Positions 28,116 to 36,874 of a DNA stretch of 64,000 nucleotides are shown one piece after another. Position 1 is the stretch's first letter. Each line of letters opens with the position of its first letter. Under the pieces are notes generated by a model. That model made no database searches, was not told where the DNA came from, and worked only from the letters and a program-made list of their open reading frames with translations. Origin of the DNA: a bacterium (lineage in GTDB: Bacteria > UBA8248); contig JAVEPB010000049.1 of NCBI GenBank assembly GCA_030922375.1, positions 5,074 to 69,073 of the forward strand, in the 5' to 3' direction. The translations under genes were made by a program, and so were the position numbers.

Positions 28116-28712
28116 ATGGCTACTTTAACTCCTGCAAGAATGAAGTTCTACATCGACACCAAGCGTTGCATCGAGTGCGGCGGTTGCGAAGTCGCGTGTA
28201 AGAACGAGAACAATGTCCCTCAGGGCGTGGCGCGCATCCGCGTGGTCACCATCAACGAGGGGGTTAGCGGCGAGACCCATGTGGCGATTCCGTGCATGCA
28301 CTGCTCGAAAGCCCCCTGTGTGGCCGTCTGCCCCGTGGACGCCCTGTTTCACAGGCCCGACGGAATCGTCCATGTCAATAAGGACACCTGCATCGGCTGC
28401 GGCTATTGCCTCTATGCCTGTCCGTTCGGCGCACCGCAGTTCCCGAAGGCCTCGCCCTTCGGCGCTCGAGGCGTCATGGACAAGTGTACTTTCTGCGCCG
28501 GTGGACCCGAGGAGGCCTTCTCGAAAGAAGAGCAGCGGACCTACGGAGCGAATCGCGTCGCCGAAGGTAAGCTGCCCATGTGCGCCTCGGTTTGCTCGAC
28601 AAAGGCGCTCGTCGCCGGTGATTCCGAGGAGGTGGCCAAGGTGGTTCGCCAGCGGGTCGCGGAGCGCGGCTCGGGGGCGGGTTCCTGGGGCTGGGGTGTC
28701 GCCTACCGCTAG
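28116..28712 (+). CDS. fdhB: Formate dehydrogenase iron-sulfur subunit (4x[4Fe-4S] DmsB/FdnH-type)
   Basis: CIECGGCEVACK, CMHCSKAPCVAVCP, CIGCGYCLYACP and CTFC...CASVC. Confidence 0.9.
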   Translation: MATLTPARMKFYIDTKRCIECGGCEVACKNENNVPQGVARIRVVTINEGVSGETHVAIPCMHCSKAPCVAVCPVDALFHRPDGIVHVNKDTCIGCGYCLYACPFGAPQFPKASPFGARGVMDKCTFCAGGPEEAFSKEEQRTYGANRVAEGKLPMCASVCSTKALVAGDSEEVAKVVRQRVAERGSGAGSWGWGVAYR

Positions 28713-28735
28713 GATGTTTCGTTAACAGCGTGCGG

Positions 28736-28769
28736 GGCAGGGACTCCGGCCCGGGCCGGAGTCCCTGCC
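28736..28769 (+). promoter_or_regulatory. Perfect 16-bp GC-rich hairpin inside the fdh operon (between fdhB and the NrfD-like gene)
   Basis: GGCAGGGACTCCGGCC-CG-GGCCGGAGTCCCTGCC, read directly from the sequence. It lies in a 154-nt intercistronic gap. Confidence 0.6.
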
Positions 28770-28866
28770 GCCGCTCTTTACCGCTTCCGGTTTTCTCCGC
28801 TCCGAGTCAGCTTGATTTGTAGTGCACGGGGGGAATTTTCCCCGAATCTCGAGGAGATAGACGAGA

Positions 28867-29907
28867 ATGGATTCTATCGTCTTGATGCAGAGTAAGTGGG
28901 GAGCGACATTCAACATCCCGTGGTATCTGTTTTTGGGAGGAATGTCCGGGGGGATTCTGATTGTCGCCTCTGTGACGGAGCTGCTCGGCGGCAAAAACCC
29001 TAAATACCATGCCCTCTCGGGTCTTTCGGCCCTGTTGGTCCTGCCGTTCATGGTGATTGGCGGCCTGGCGCTCACCTTCCACCTCGGGAAACCCGAGCGC
29101 GGATTTTTCTTTCCCCTTTATATGAGTAACTACGCCTCATGGCTCACGATTGGTGGATGGATCATCGGAATTTTCGTTCCCCTGAGCATCGCCATGGCGA
29201 TGGCCTGGTACTACGAGATTGATCGAAAGCTGCGCGTATTTCTTGCCCTCATCGGTGTGCCTGTCGGTATTTTGATGTGCTTTTATACCGGGAATCTTCT
29301 CGCAGCGGCGAAGTTTGTTCCCCTCTGGGCGTGGCAGTTTCTACCGGTTCTGTTTCTGCTGTCGGGGCTCTCGACCGGTCTCGCCGTTTGCGCCATCAAC
29401 GCTTATGTCGTCAGGTATATACCCTTTCCGCCGAGAGCTCGGGATAGAATCGTTGTAATGGGGCTTGAGGATACCGCTCCCGTCCTCGGGCTCTACGATA
29501 TTGGTGTCCTGATTCTGGAGATGATCTGGCTGGCGCTGTTCTTGGTCGCCCTGACAAGAGGCGGAGTGGGACATCAGTATGTAGCGAAGGCGTTGATGAG
29601 CGGCAGCCTGGCCAATTGGTTTTGGGTGGGGGTGGTGATTGTCGGTATGGCGTTGCCGCTGGCGCTGGGCGTGCTCGAACCTATTTTCCATAGATTGAAA
29701 AACAGCGCTGTGGCCGGATGGTCGCTATTCGCCAAGCTTCACCTGGTGCTGATCGGCGGCCTTGTTTTGCGTTATGTCATTGTCTGGGGAGGGGATATTT
29801 CTCAGCCTCTCGTTTATACACCGACGAGGTTGGGGCCTCCGAAAGCCGCTGCCCAAGGCTCTCCGCAGGCGCTCAATCAGGCTCTTCGTATTATTAATCG
29901 CCGGTGA
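28867..29907 (+). CDS. NrfD/PsrC-family integral membrane quinone-interacting subunit
   Basis: WGATFNIPWYLFLGGMSGGILIV and about 8-10 TM helices. It follows the catalytic and FeS subunits. Confidence 0.85.
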   Translation: MDSIVLMQSKWGATFNIPWYLFLGGMSGGILIVASVTELLGGKNPKYHALSGLSALLVLPFMVIGGLALTFHLGKPERGFFFPLYMSNYASWLTIGGWIIGIFVPLSIAMAMAWYYEIDRKLRVFLALIGVPVGILMCFYTGNLLAAAKFVPLWAWQFLPVLFLLSGLSTGLAVCAINAYVVRYIPFPPRARDRIVVMGLEDTAPVLGLYDIGVLILEMIWLALFLVALTRGGVGHQYVAKALMSGSLANWFWVGVVIVGMALPLALGVLEPIFHRLKNSAVAGWSLFAKLHLVLIGGLVLRYVIVWGGDISQPLVYTPTRLGPPKAAAQGSPQALNQALRIINRR

Positions 29908-29911
29908 ACCC

Positions 29912-30334
29912 ATGGCGGGTCTTGGTTTAGGCACAAACGCGCTTTTTCGCCTTTTCACCTCGACATTGGCAGGGGTCTTATTTGTTTGCCCTGCTTTTGC
30001 GGCATCGCCCGGAAAAAGCCCGGCGCGCGGAAAAGCGTTTTATACGGAGAGATGCATTTTTTGTCATGGTGAGGACGGCCGTGGCTGGAGTCTGCAGAAC
30101 CGAATGGTGCGGCCGCCGGTGCCTGTTCCCGATTTGACGGTTTCCGAATTTATGAGCCGTTTCTCGAACCGGGAATTGTTCAAGGTGATTAAATACGGCG
30201 GCACCCGGAAGGGTAAGTCACGTTTTATGCCCCCGGCCGGCCGGTGGTTGAGTGACGAAGATATTCAGGATGTCATTACCTATGTGAGGTCCCTGGAGCG
30301 GAGCAGTTCTGATGGAAAATCCGGAAAAAAATAA
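29912..30334 (+). CDS. Monoheme class-I c-type cytochrome (signal-anchored or exported)
   Basis: ATG 29912 lies within ORF 29762..30334. Signal LFRLFTSTLAGVLFVCPAFA, heme motif CIFCH, distal FMPPAG, and C-terminus DVITYVRSL. Confidence 0.75.
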   Translation: MAGLGLGTNALFRLFTSTLAGVLFVCPAFAASPGKSPARGKAFYTERCIFCHGEDGRGWSLQNRMVRPPVPVPDLTVSEFMSRFSNRELFKVIKYGGTRKGKSRFMPPAGRWLSDEDIQDVITYVRSLERSSSDGKSGKK

Positions 30335-31532
30335 CGGCTCCCGGCGGTTTTCAACGAGAAGGGCCGGGTTGGATGCTTGGCGCCGGAGGCGTCTTTTTTA
30401 TCACCTGGGTGCGGTGGTTTTTGTCGTGCTCGCGGTGGTCGCCTTCGCCCACCGGTCCGGTTGGGGGGATAGTGAGTCTCAACACATCCACGTGGGTCGC
30501 TTCCCGCACGCTCTCATCCTCACCGACATCAACCGGGACAGGAATCTCGACATTGTCGTGGCCGCTTCGGCCGGAGAGAGCATCACCGTTCTCATGGGTG
30601 ATGGAAAGGGTGGAATTTCACGAGCCGTATCCGAGCGGGTCGGGCTCGGGCCGGGATGGATCGATTCGGGCGATGTGGACGGGGACGGGTCTATCGACAT
30701 CGTGAGTGCGGAAACCGGCGCGGGGAGGATAACGATCCTCTATGGAGACGGTCGGGGTTCTTTTCCCCGCCGCCGGATTCTTGAGGTTCCGGCGGCGGTA
30801 TCGCTCGGTCTCGATGATTTAAACGGCGATGGCCGGATGGATATTGTCGTATCGCAGGCGGTGCCGGGAAAAATTCTGGTGTTTCTCGCCCGCGGGAAGG
30901 GAGAGTTCGGGGAGCCGCGCGAATACCCTCTTTCGAGAGGGCTTCATATTCTCAACCTGGCCGATCTCGACGGGGACGGAAAAAAAGACATCGCCGTCGG
31001 TGGCCTTGGGCAGCAACAGGTGTCCGTCCTTCTCAATCGAGGAAACGGGACGTTTTCCGGGGCGCGTCATTTTAAGCCCGGCCGGCTGCCGCATTACATG
31101 GCTATCGAGGATTTCAACCGGGATGGACGGGTCGACATAGCCGTTGTCCTGGGGGGAGACGATTCGGTCCGGCTTCTCATGGGTGACGATGACAAGGGGT
31201 TCGTTCTCGGGGCCAGCGTCAAGGCGGGCACGAACCCGCACGGGATCGCGGTGGGCGATTTCAACGGGGACGGCTACTCAGACTTGGCGGTGGGGAGCCG
31301 TACGTCGATGGACGTTTGGGTGTATTTTGGGAGCCGCTCGGGCGAATTTCGGGCAGGCGGTAAATTTCGGGTTCCTGACGACGTTATCGCCCTCCGGGCG
31401 GGGGACATGAATAAGGACGGGAAGGCCGATCTCGTCCTCGCCTTCGCGAGTCTCCACCGGGTGGGAATCTATCTCGGCGATGGCGAAGGAAGATTTTCGC
31501 CTCGGGAGCTTTCCGCGAACAAAGGCAAATAA
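30312..31532 (+). CDS. Membrane-anchored FG-GAP/VCBS-repeat beta-propeller protein
   Basis: N-terminal TM LFYHLGAVVFVVLAVVAFA. Seven repeats of the Dx(N/D)xDGxxD(I/L)(V/A)V type: DINRDRNLDIVV, DVDGDGSIDIV, DLNGDGRMDIVV, DLDGDGKKDIAV, DFNRDGRVDIAV, DFNGDGYSDLAV and DMNKDGKADLVL. Confidence 0.8.
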   Translation: MENPEKNNGSRRFSTRRAGLDAWRRRRLFYHLGAVVFVVLAVVAFAHRSGWGDSESQHIHVGRFPHALILTDINRDRNLDIVVAASAGESITVLMGDGKGGISRAVSERVGLGPGWIDSGDVDGDGSIDIVSAETGAGRITILYGDGRGSFPRRRILEVPAAVSLGLDDLNGDGRMDIVVSQAVPGKILVFLARGKGEFGEPREYPLSRGLHILNLADLDGDGKKDIAVGGLGQQQVSVLLNRGNGTFSGARHFKPGRLPHYMAIEDFNRDGRVDIAVVLGGDDSVRLLMGDDDKGFVLGASVKAGTNPHGIAVGDFNGDGYSDLAVGSRTSMDVWVYFGSRSGEFRAGGKFRVPDDVIALRAGDMNKDGKADLVLAFASLHRVGIYLGDGEGRFSPRELSANKGK

Positions 31533-31645
31533 TCATCCGTAAACGTGTGTTCCCCCTCCCGAAACCTCATGGCAGCTAATTTCGTTCTTTTTTTAGATCG
31601 GTATCCACCTGGTTTCGTCTTCAGAATTGTTATCAGGTCAGCGGT

Positions 31646-31730
31646 GTCCCGGTCCGGCGAATTAATAGGCCTGAATTCCTGTCTTTTTCAGCCGTAATAT
31701 ATTGATTCGAAATAGACTTTGATTCCTCCC
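31646..31730. repeat. Intergenic repeat, B-module copy
   Basis: GTCCCGGTCCGGCGAATTAATAGGCCTGAATTCC...GTAATATATTGATTCGAAATAGACTTTGATTCC aligns with 36896..36985. Confidence 0.65.
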
Positions 31731-31982
31731 AAGTCCGACCACGGAAATTATTGGGAGGTTACGGGAAAGAAAAGGCCCTGGTGCATTCGCTCGGAATGGG
31801 CCGAATCAGTAATTCGCCACCCACGCGGGAGGCGGCCTTCCTCCCGAAGCGGCCGGAAAGACTCAAGACTTTATCGGCGCACCCGATAAAATTTCACCAC
31901 CTACCACCTGCGCGGATGATCCTCGGGCAGCGGCGAGCCGAAGGGCCCCGTCCCCGAGATCTGGTGGACATAGGCGATCTTC

Positions 31983-33107
31983 TCATGGCCGGCGGGCACG
32001 TTTCCGTTCAGGGCCTCGCGGAGCCAATCGATCACCAGCGGATTCAGGTCCAGCCCCCCCCAGCCCCTTCATCCCCCAGACGCGGTGAAATTCGTTCTCC
32101 AGCACCCAGAACTCCTTGGGGCACGCGAGCCCTTCGTAGAAGGCAAAAGCATCCTCCACCGGCGTCAGCGGATCGAACTCCCCCGCCGCCATCAGGACGG
32201 GGCATTTAATCCGGTCCTCGTAGCCCCTCAGCGTCATCTTCATCGCCATCGCATCGAAGGCCTCTTCGTCCGACATGCCTGCCATATACATGAAAATCTG
32301 CTTGAAGCGCGGGGAGGCGATATCGAAGATAAAATTCTTGTCGGCGAAGTTGGCGCTGCCCGCCGCGCAGGCGGCGACTCTCGAATCGTAGGCCGCCGTG
32401 CGGGGCGCCCAGTAGGAGCCCATGCTGATGCCGAAGACGCCGATTTTTTCGGCGTCGATCTCGGGCCGGTTCGCCAGGTGATCGATCACGGCGCTCGCGG
32501 CCCGCTCGTAGTTATCGGCGGTCACCCGGATTTTCCGGATATTCGACATCCCCTGTCCCGGGCCGTCCATGGCGCAGGCGTGCATCCCCCGGCGGAGCAT
32601 GTCGTTTTGAAGGACATAGGGATAAAACTCCTTGGTCTGATCCATCCCCGGTATGTAGAGGACGCAGGGCGCCTTCCGCCTATCGGGGAGCAGATGAAGG
32701 AGAATCTGGATTTCCCCTCCCTCAAAAGGCACCTCGATCCGCTCGACCGGATAATCGGCCAGCGCCATAATCCGGTCGTAGCACCGGATGAGACCGGCGT
32801 GGAGCTTGAGTTTTTGGGGGTGGTCGTCCTCGAAGATGGCGTGCTGGGCGTGGCGGTAGGCTTCGGCCGCCTTGACGTACACCTCAAGGGCCGACTCGGG
32901 GAAGTCCGCCTCCTCGGCGGCGCGGGCGACGGCCTCTTTGTGCGCGGCCTCCTCGCCCTTGAGCTTGCTGATCATCTTATAATTCTTGACGCCCCCGGGC
33001 AGCTCGAACTTATCGTCCTCGAAGTTCTGCACCATGCCGGCCGTCTTGGCCATATAATCGAGGATCCACTGCTGGCCGTCGCGTCGCCGGACCGATTTAT
33101 AAGGCAT
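31983..33107 (-). CDS. Alpha/beta hydrolase with an N-terminal helical extension; the C-terminus appears frameshifted at a G8 run (true end probably 31901)
   Basis: GISMGSY nucleophile elbow. It is a paralog of 33163..34338. After ...FHRVWGMKGLGG the listed frame becomes low-complexity. The +1 frame continues LDLNPLVIDWLREALNG... to TAG 31903..31901. Confidence 0.75.
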   Translation of the reverse strand: MPYKSVRRRDGQQWILDYMAKTAGMVQNFEDDKFELPGGVKNYKMISKLKGEEAAHKEAVARAAEEADFPESALEVYVKAAEAYRHAQHAIFEDDHPQKLKLHAGLIRCYDRIMALADYPVERIEVPFEGGEIQILLHLLPDRRKAPCVLYIPGMDQTKEFYPYVLQNDMLRRGMHACAMDGPGQGMSNIRKIRVTADNYERAASAVIDHLANRPEIDAEKIGVFGISMGSYWAPRTAAYDSRVAACAAGSANFADKNFIFDIASPRFKQIFMYMAGMSDEEAFDAMAMKMTLRGYEDRIKCPVLMAAGEFDPLTPVEDAFAFYEGLACPKEFWVLENEFHRVWGMKGLGGAGPESAGDRLAPRGPERKRARRP

Positions 33108-33162
33108 CGCCTGACCTCCTATTTAAAATTATTTTCTTGGATGAACCGCGTAGGAATATTTT

Positions 33163-34338
33163 TCAGGGCCGAAGTTTTTCCTGTAGCCAATCGAAGATAT
33201 AGGCCGTTCCGATGGCGAGGTTATCCCGCTGGCAGTGCTGGGCTCCGCCCTCGGCGACCGTGAAAATTTTCATCGTCTTGTCTTTTGAGCCCACGGCCCG
33301 GAAGAGGCGGCGGGCGTCCCCGAGGGAAATCTGCTTGTCGTCGGCGCCGTGGGTCAGTAAAAACGGGCAGCGCATCTTCTGCACCACGCCGTCGAGGCGG
33401 AACCCCTCGAGCTTCCCGAGGGCCTCGTCTATCGATTTTGCTCCCGTCACCCATTGGATATGGTGGCCCGGCACGGACAGTTCGGACCGGAACGAGGACT
33501 CGATGCGTTTTTTCCAGGTCGCGTGGTAGTCCCAGATCGCCCCCCAGGCGACGCAGGCCTTGAACCTGCGGTCCATGCTGGCGATGCGCGGGGCGTAGTA
33601 GCCGCCCAGGCTGACGGCCATGACAGCCGTCTTTTTGGCGTTCACGTCGCGGCGGGTCTCGAGATAATCGAGCGCCGCCGAGCCGGCCGCTTCGTAGTCG
33701 TGGCGAAGGGGGGTGTTCCTGAAGCGGATGGCCTCGCCGGTGCCGGGGCCGTCCGAGATGAGGACGCTGATCCCCCGGCGGACGAGATCGAAAATCCCCC
33801 ACATGTAGTGAAGCTCCTTGGTGCCATCGAGGCCGTCAAAGAAAATGACGGCCGGAGGCTTCGTCCGGCTTGTGTTCTCGGCGTGCACCAGATAGGCGGG
33901 GAGTTTTTTCTTTCCCTCGAAGGGATACTCGACCCGCTCGATTCGGGGCCGGTCGATGAGGCGCGCGAAGCGGGCGAAGCAATCAAGCGCCTTCCGGTAG
34001 GCATCGAGCGCCTTTTTATCCTTGGGTGTCCTGAACCGCTCGCCCATCTGGTAGTAGCAGCAGGCCCGCTGGTAGTGCGAGGCCGCCGAAAGGGCGTGTC
34101 CCCGGCGCTCCTCGCTCCGCCCGAGCGCCCGCACCCGGTCGCCCATCCGCGACCACTCGCGGAACCAGTGCGCATCGTCGCCGAGTTTCCGGGCCAGGCG
34201 GCGGCCCACCTGATCGATCTCGCCGATCTCCGAGCCCCCCCACTTCGCCCACGATATCATCCCGCAAATCGCGGCCGACCAGCGGTAGTCTTCCGGAAAG
34301 TACGTGTACCAGTTGGCGTTGGCCGGGGCTTCGGGCAT
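33163..34338 (-). CDS. Alpha/beta hydrolase with an N-terminal helical extension (paralog)
   Basis: AVSLGGY elbow, ...HGADDKQI..., and C-terminus AYIFDWLQEKL. Length 391 aa. Confidence 0.8.
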   Translation of the reverse strand: MPEAPANANWYTYFPEDYRWSAAICGMISWAKWGGSEIGEIDQVGRRLARKLGDDAHWFREWSRMGDRVRALGRSEERRGHALSAASHYQRACCYYQMGERFRTPKDKKALDAYRKALDCFARFARLIDRPRIERVEYPFEGKKKLPAYLVHAENTSRTKPPAVIFFDGLDGTKELHYMWGIFDLVRRGISVLISDGPGTGEAIRFRNTPLRHDYEAAGSAALDYLETRRDVNAKKTAVMAVSLGGYYAPRIASMDRRFKACVAWGAIWDYHATWKKRIESSFRSELSVPGHHIQWVTGAKSIDEALGKLEGFRLDGVVQKMRCPFLLTHGADDKQISLGDARRLFRAVGSKDKTMKIFTVAEGGAQHCQRDNLAIGTAYIFDWLQEKLRP

Positions 34339-34364
34339 CGTATCGCCTCACACTTAAAGGGGGT

Positions 34365-34460
34365 GTCCTGGTCCGGCGAATCTTTGAGCCGCTTTCACTG
34401 CAGGAACGACTTGAATCACCTTCGGTTATGATACTCTCTTGGGCCCGGCTAAAAAAATCC
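34365..34460. repeat. Intergenic repeat, B-module copy (near-duplicate of 6151..6245)
   Basis: GTCCTGGTCCGGCGAATCTTTGAGCCGCTTTCACTGCAGGAACGACTTGAATCACC.... It begins 27 nt upstream of the hydrolase ATG (minus strand). Confidence 0.8.
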
Positions 34461-34600
34461 CATTGAAGTCATCATTCCCGCTGAATAGTCAGGACAATCG
34501 TGCTTAGCCCTGGTCCAGCGAATTTTTTTATCGGGGCCGTCCGGGCGAAATCTCTTTATTCCTCATTCTCCGTTTTCTATTAATAGGAAATGCCCGTCTG

Positions 34601-35482
34601 TTAGTTGAGCTGCAAATTTACCAGTATGGCGCCGCTCACGGTGAGCAGCGCCCCCGCCGGCACCCGCCAGGTAATGGATTCCACACGCCGCAGGAAAAGA
34701 AGAGCGAAGATGACGGTGATGAGGGGGGAGGTCTGGATAAGCGAAAGCATCCGGTAGACCTCTCCCCTTTGAAGGGCGCTCGCAAAGAAGAACTGTCCGA
34801 CAGATCCGATGATCCCGACCAGAAAAAAGGGTTTCCATGCATTCTTGACGCCTTCGGGAACCTGGTCGCGCAAGAAAATGAAGGTGTAGAGCACCACGAC
34901 GGCGAACGCCGCTACCAAACCGACAAACGTGCCCGCGAGGGTGTCGGGAAACGATGGAAGGGCCTTGCGCCAGAGCACCGCGCCCAGGGCGGCAAACCAA
35001 GCGGCGGCGATGGGCCAGAGGGCGTGGATTCGCCTCCACCGGCCCTCGGTCCTCCCGGATGACAGCAGAGCGATTCCCGTTACTATCAACAGAACGCCCC
35101 CCAGGTGGTACCACTCCGGCCGCTCTCCGAGAAACAGAATGGCCAAGAATGAGGCGAAAAGAGGTGAGCTTCCTTTGATGGGAGCCGCCCGGGCGACGCC
35201 TATCTTCGAGATCCCGAACATGAAGCAAATTGAGAAAAGCCCAGGGTTGAAAACACCGGCCACCGCCAGCCAAAGATAATGTTCTCCCAGAGGCGGAAAG
35301 CGGACACCCGAGAGCAAGATCAGGATGAGGAGAGCCGATACACCCGCGGAGCGCGAGATCGTCGAGCCGACAAAAGGATTGGTGTGCTGAAGCCCGGACC
35401 GCATCGCCATATCCGCACAGGCGAATGAGAACGCGGCGCCCATGGCGAAGAGAAGGGCGGCATCAAATATCAATACGAACAT
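34601..35482 (-). CDS. EamA/DMT-family transporter
   Basis: About 10 TM helices in two EamA-like halves. The start is placed at ATG 35482 (GGAAAGG upstream) because 35495..35509 belongs to a repeat. Confidence 0.8.
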   Translation of the reverse strand: MFVLIFDAALLFAMGAAFSFACADMAMRSGLQHTNPFVGSTISRSAGVSALLILILLSGVRFPPLGEHYLWLAVAGVFNPGLFSICFMFGISKIGVARAAPIKGSSPLFASFLAILFLGERPEWYHLGGVLLIVTGIALLSSGRTEGRWRRIHALWPIAAAWFAALGAVLWRKALPSFPDTLAGTFVGLVAAFAVVVLYTFIFLRDQVPEGVKNAWKPFFLVGIIGSVGQFFFASALQRGEVYRMLSLIQTSPLITVIFALLFLRRVESITWRVPAGALLTVSGAILVNLQLN

Positions 35483-35494
35483 CCTTTCCGGTAT

Positions 35495-35590
35495 GTCCTG
35501 GTCCAGCAATTATTCGGGCCGGGATACCCAAATGAATTGCTTTGAATTTCTTGAGTGTTCAACACTCTAAGGAAATCAGGATTCAGTACC
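35495..35590. repeat. Intergenic repeat, B-module copy
   Basis: GTCCTGGTCCAGCAATTATTCGGGCCGGGATACCC...TTGAATTTCTTGAGTGTTCAAC...AGGATTCAGTACC aligns along its length with 36896..36991. Confidence 0.75.
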
Positions 35591-35955
35591 TTCTCGAAAG
35601 TGTAATGAGATGAAAAAATTACGTCGAAAAATCGCCCAACGTGTTCCGTGAAGAACATTCGCCGCTTGAAAGTAAAAATCCCGCACATGCCAGATAATAT
35701 ATGCGCTATTCCTCCCAAGGGCTTGGGCCCAGGAATCGCCGGGCCAACACACCAGCGCCGGCGCTCAGGTGGCCATCTTCCGCTTGCCCGGCAGAGGGAA
35801 GATGGGGGAAAGAATGATGGCGAAGACCACTGTGCTCCGCAAAATGACACCTTCATATAAAGAGTGCTTTGGCGAGGTCGATTGATCGGGTCTCGTCGTG
35901 GCATGATGTGCGTCTTGCGCATAGCCGAAACATTATATCGCGTCCTGTCGAAAAG

Positions 35956-36042
35956 CACGATCAAGTTTCAAATTTCTGCTCGAATGGAATTGTTGCCGGA
36001 TTTCAGAAGTACGGAACTTCAGGAGATCTATTTATTGCGGAG
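35956..36042 (+). repeat. Intergenic repeat, A-module copy D
   Basis: CACGATCAAGTTTCAAATTTCTGC...GGATTTCAGAAG...CAGGAGATCTATTTATTGCGGAG aligns with copies at 44641 and 46018. Confidence 0.75.
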
Positions 36043-36074
36043 CCCGGATATGCCCGGGCGGAAAGGAAGCCATC

Positions 36075-36821
36075 GTGCAACTGAAGGGTCGGGCGGCAAT
36101 CGTGACCGGCGCCGCGAGCGGTCTCGGGGAGGCGATTACGAGGAGGTTTGCCCGGGAGGGGGCGAAGGTTTTCGCCTGCGATCGGAATGAAGATGGTGTG
36201 AAAAAACTTGCCGCCGCGCTCTCGGCGGAAGGCCTGACAGTCATTCCACATGTGGTGGACGTATCGAAGTCAGGCGAGGTCCGGCGGGCCGCGGAGACCG
36301 CGTTCGAATCGTTCGGCCGGGTTGAAATTTTGATTAACAATGCGGGAATTTCCCCGAAAAAGACCTATCTCGACTACACCGAGGCGGATTGGGACGCCGT
36401 TCTGGACATCAATTTGAAGGGGGAATACCTGTGCGCCCGCGCCGTCTCGGAGCACATGATGAAAAACGGGTACGGACGAATCGTAAATCTCTCTTCTTCG
36501 GCGTGGCGCTCGGGCGGTTTCGCGGGGGGGATCCCCTACACTTCTGCCAAGGCCGGGGTGATCGGTCTGACGCGCTCGTTGGCCAAGACGCTGGGTTCTC
36601 ACGGAATCACCGTCAACGCCATCGCGCCGGGACCGACGACGACGCCGTTGACCGATAACTGGCTTCCGGCAAGGGAATCCGAAATGGTGAAGCAGATTCC
36701 TCTGGGCAGGTTGGGGCTGCCGGAGGATGTCGCGAATGCGGCCCTCTTCCTGGCCTCGGACGAGGCTTCATACATCACTGGTATCTTCCTGGACGTTAAC
36801 GGCGGAATTGCCATGGGGTGA
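36075..36821 (+). CDS. SDR-family oxidoreductase (FabG-like)
   Basis: TGAASGLGEA, NNAG and YTSAKAG (YxxxK). GTG start with GGAAAGGAAG upstream. Confidence 0.9.
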   Translation: MQLKGRAAIVTGAASGLGEAITRRFAREGAKVFACDRNEDGVKKLAAALSAEGLTVIPHVVDVSKSGEVRRAAETAFESFGRVEILINNAGISPKKTYLDYTEADWDAVLDINLKGEYLCARAVSEHMMKNGYGRIVNLSSSAWRSGGFAGGIPYTSAKAGVIGLTRSLAKTLGSHGITVNAIAPGPTTTPLTDNWLPARESEMVKQIPLGRLGLPEDVANAALFLASDEASYITGIFLDVNGGIAMG

Positions 36822-36874
36822 ACCGGGCCCGGGGATCGTTGGCGTTGGATGGGGCGTGAGTTGATGTGGAGATG

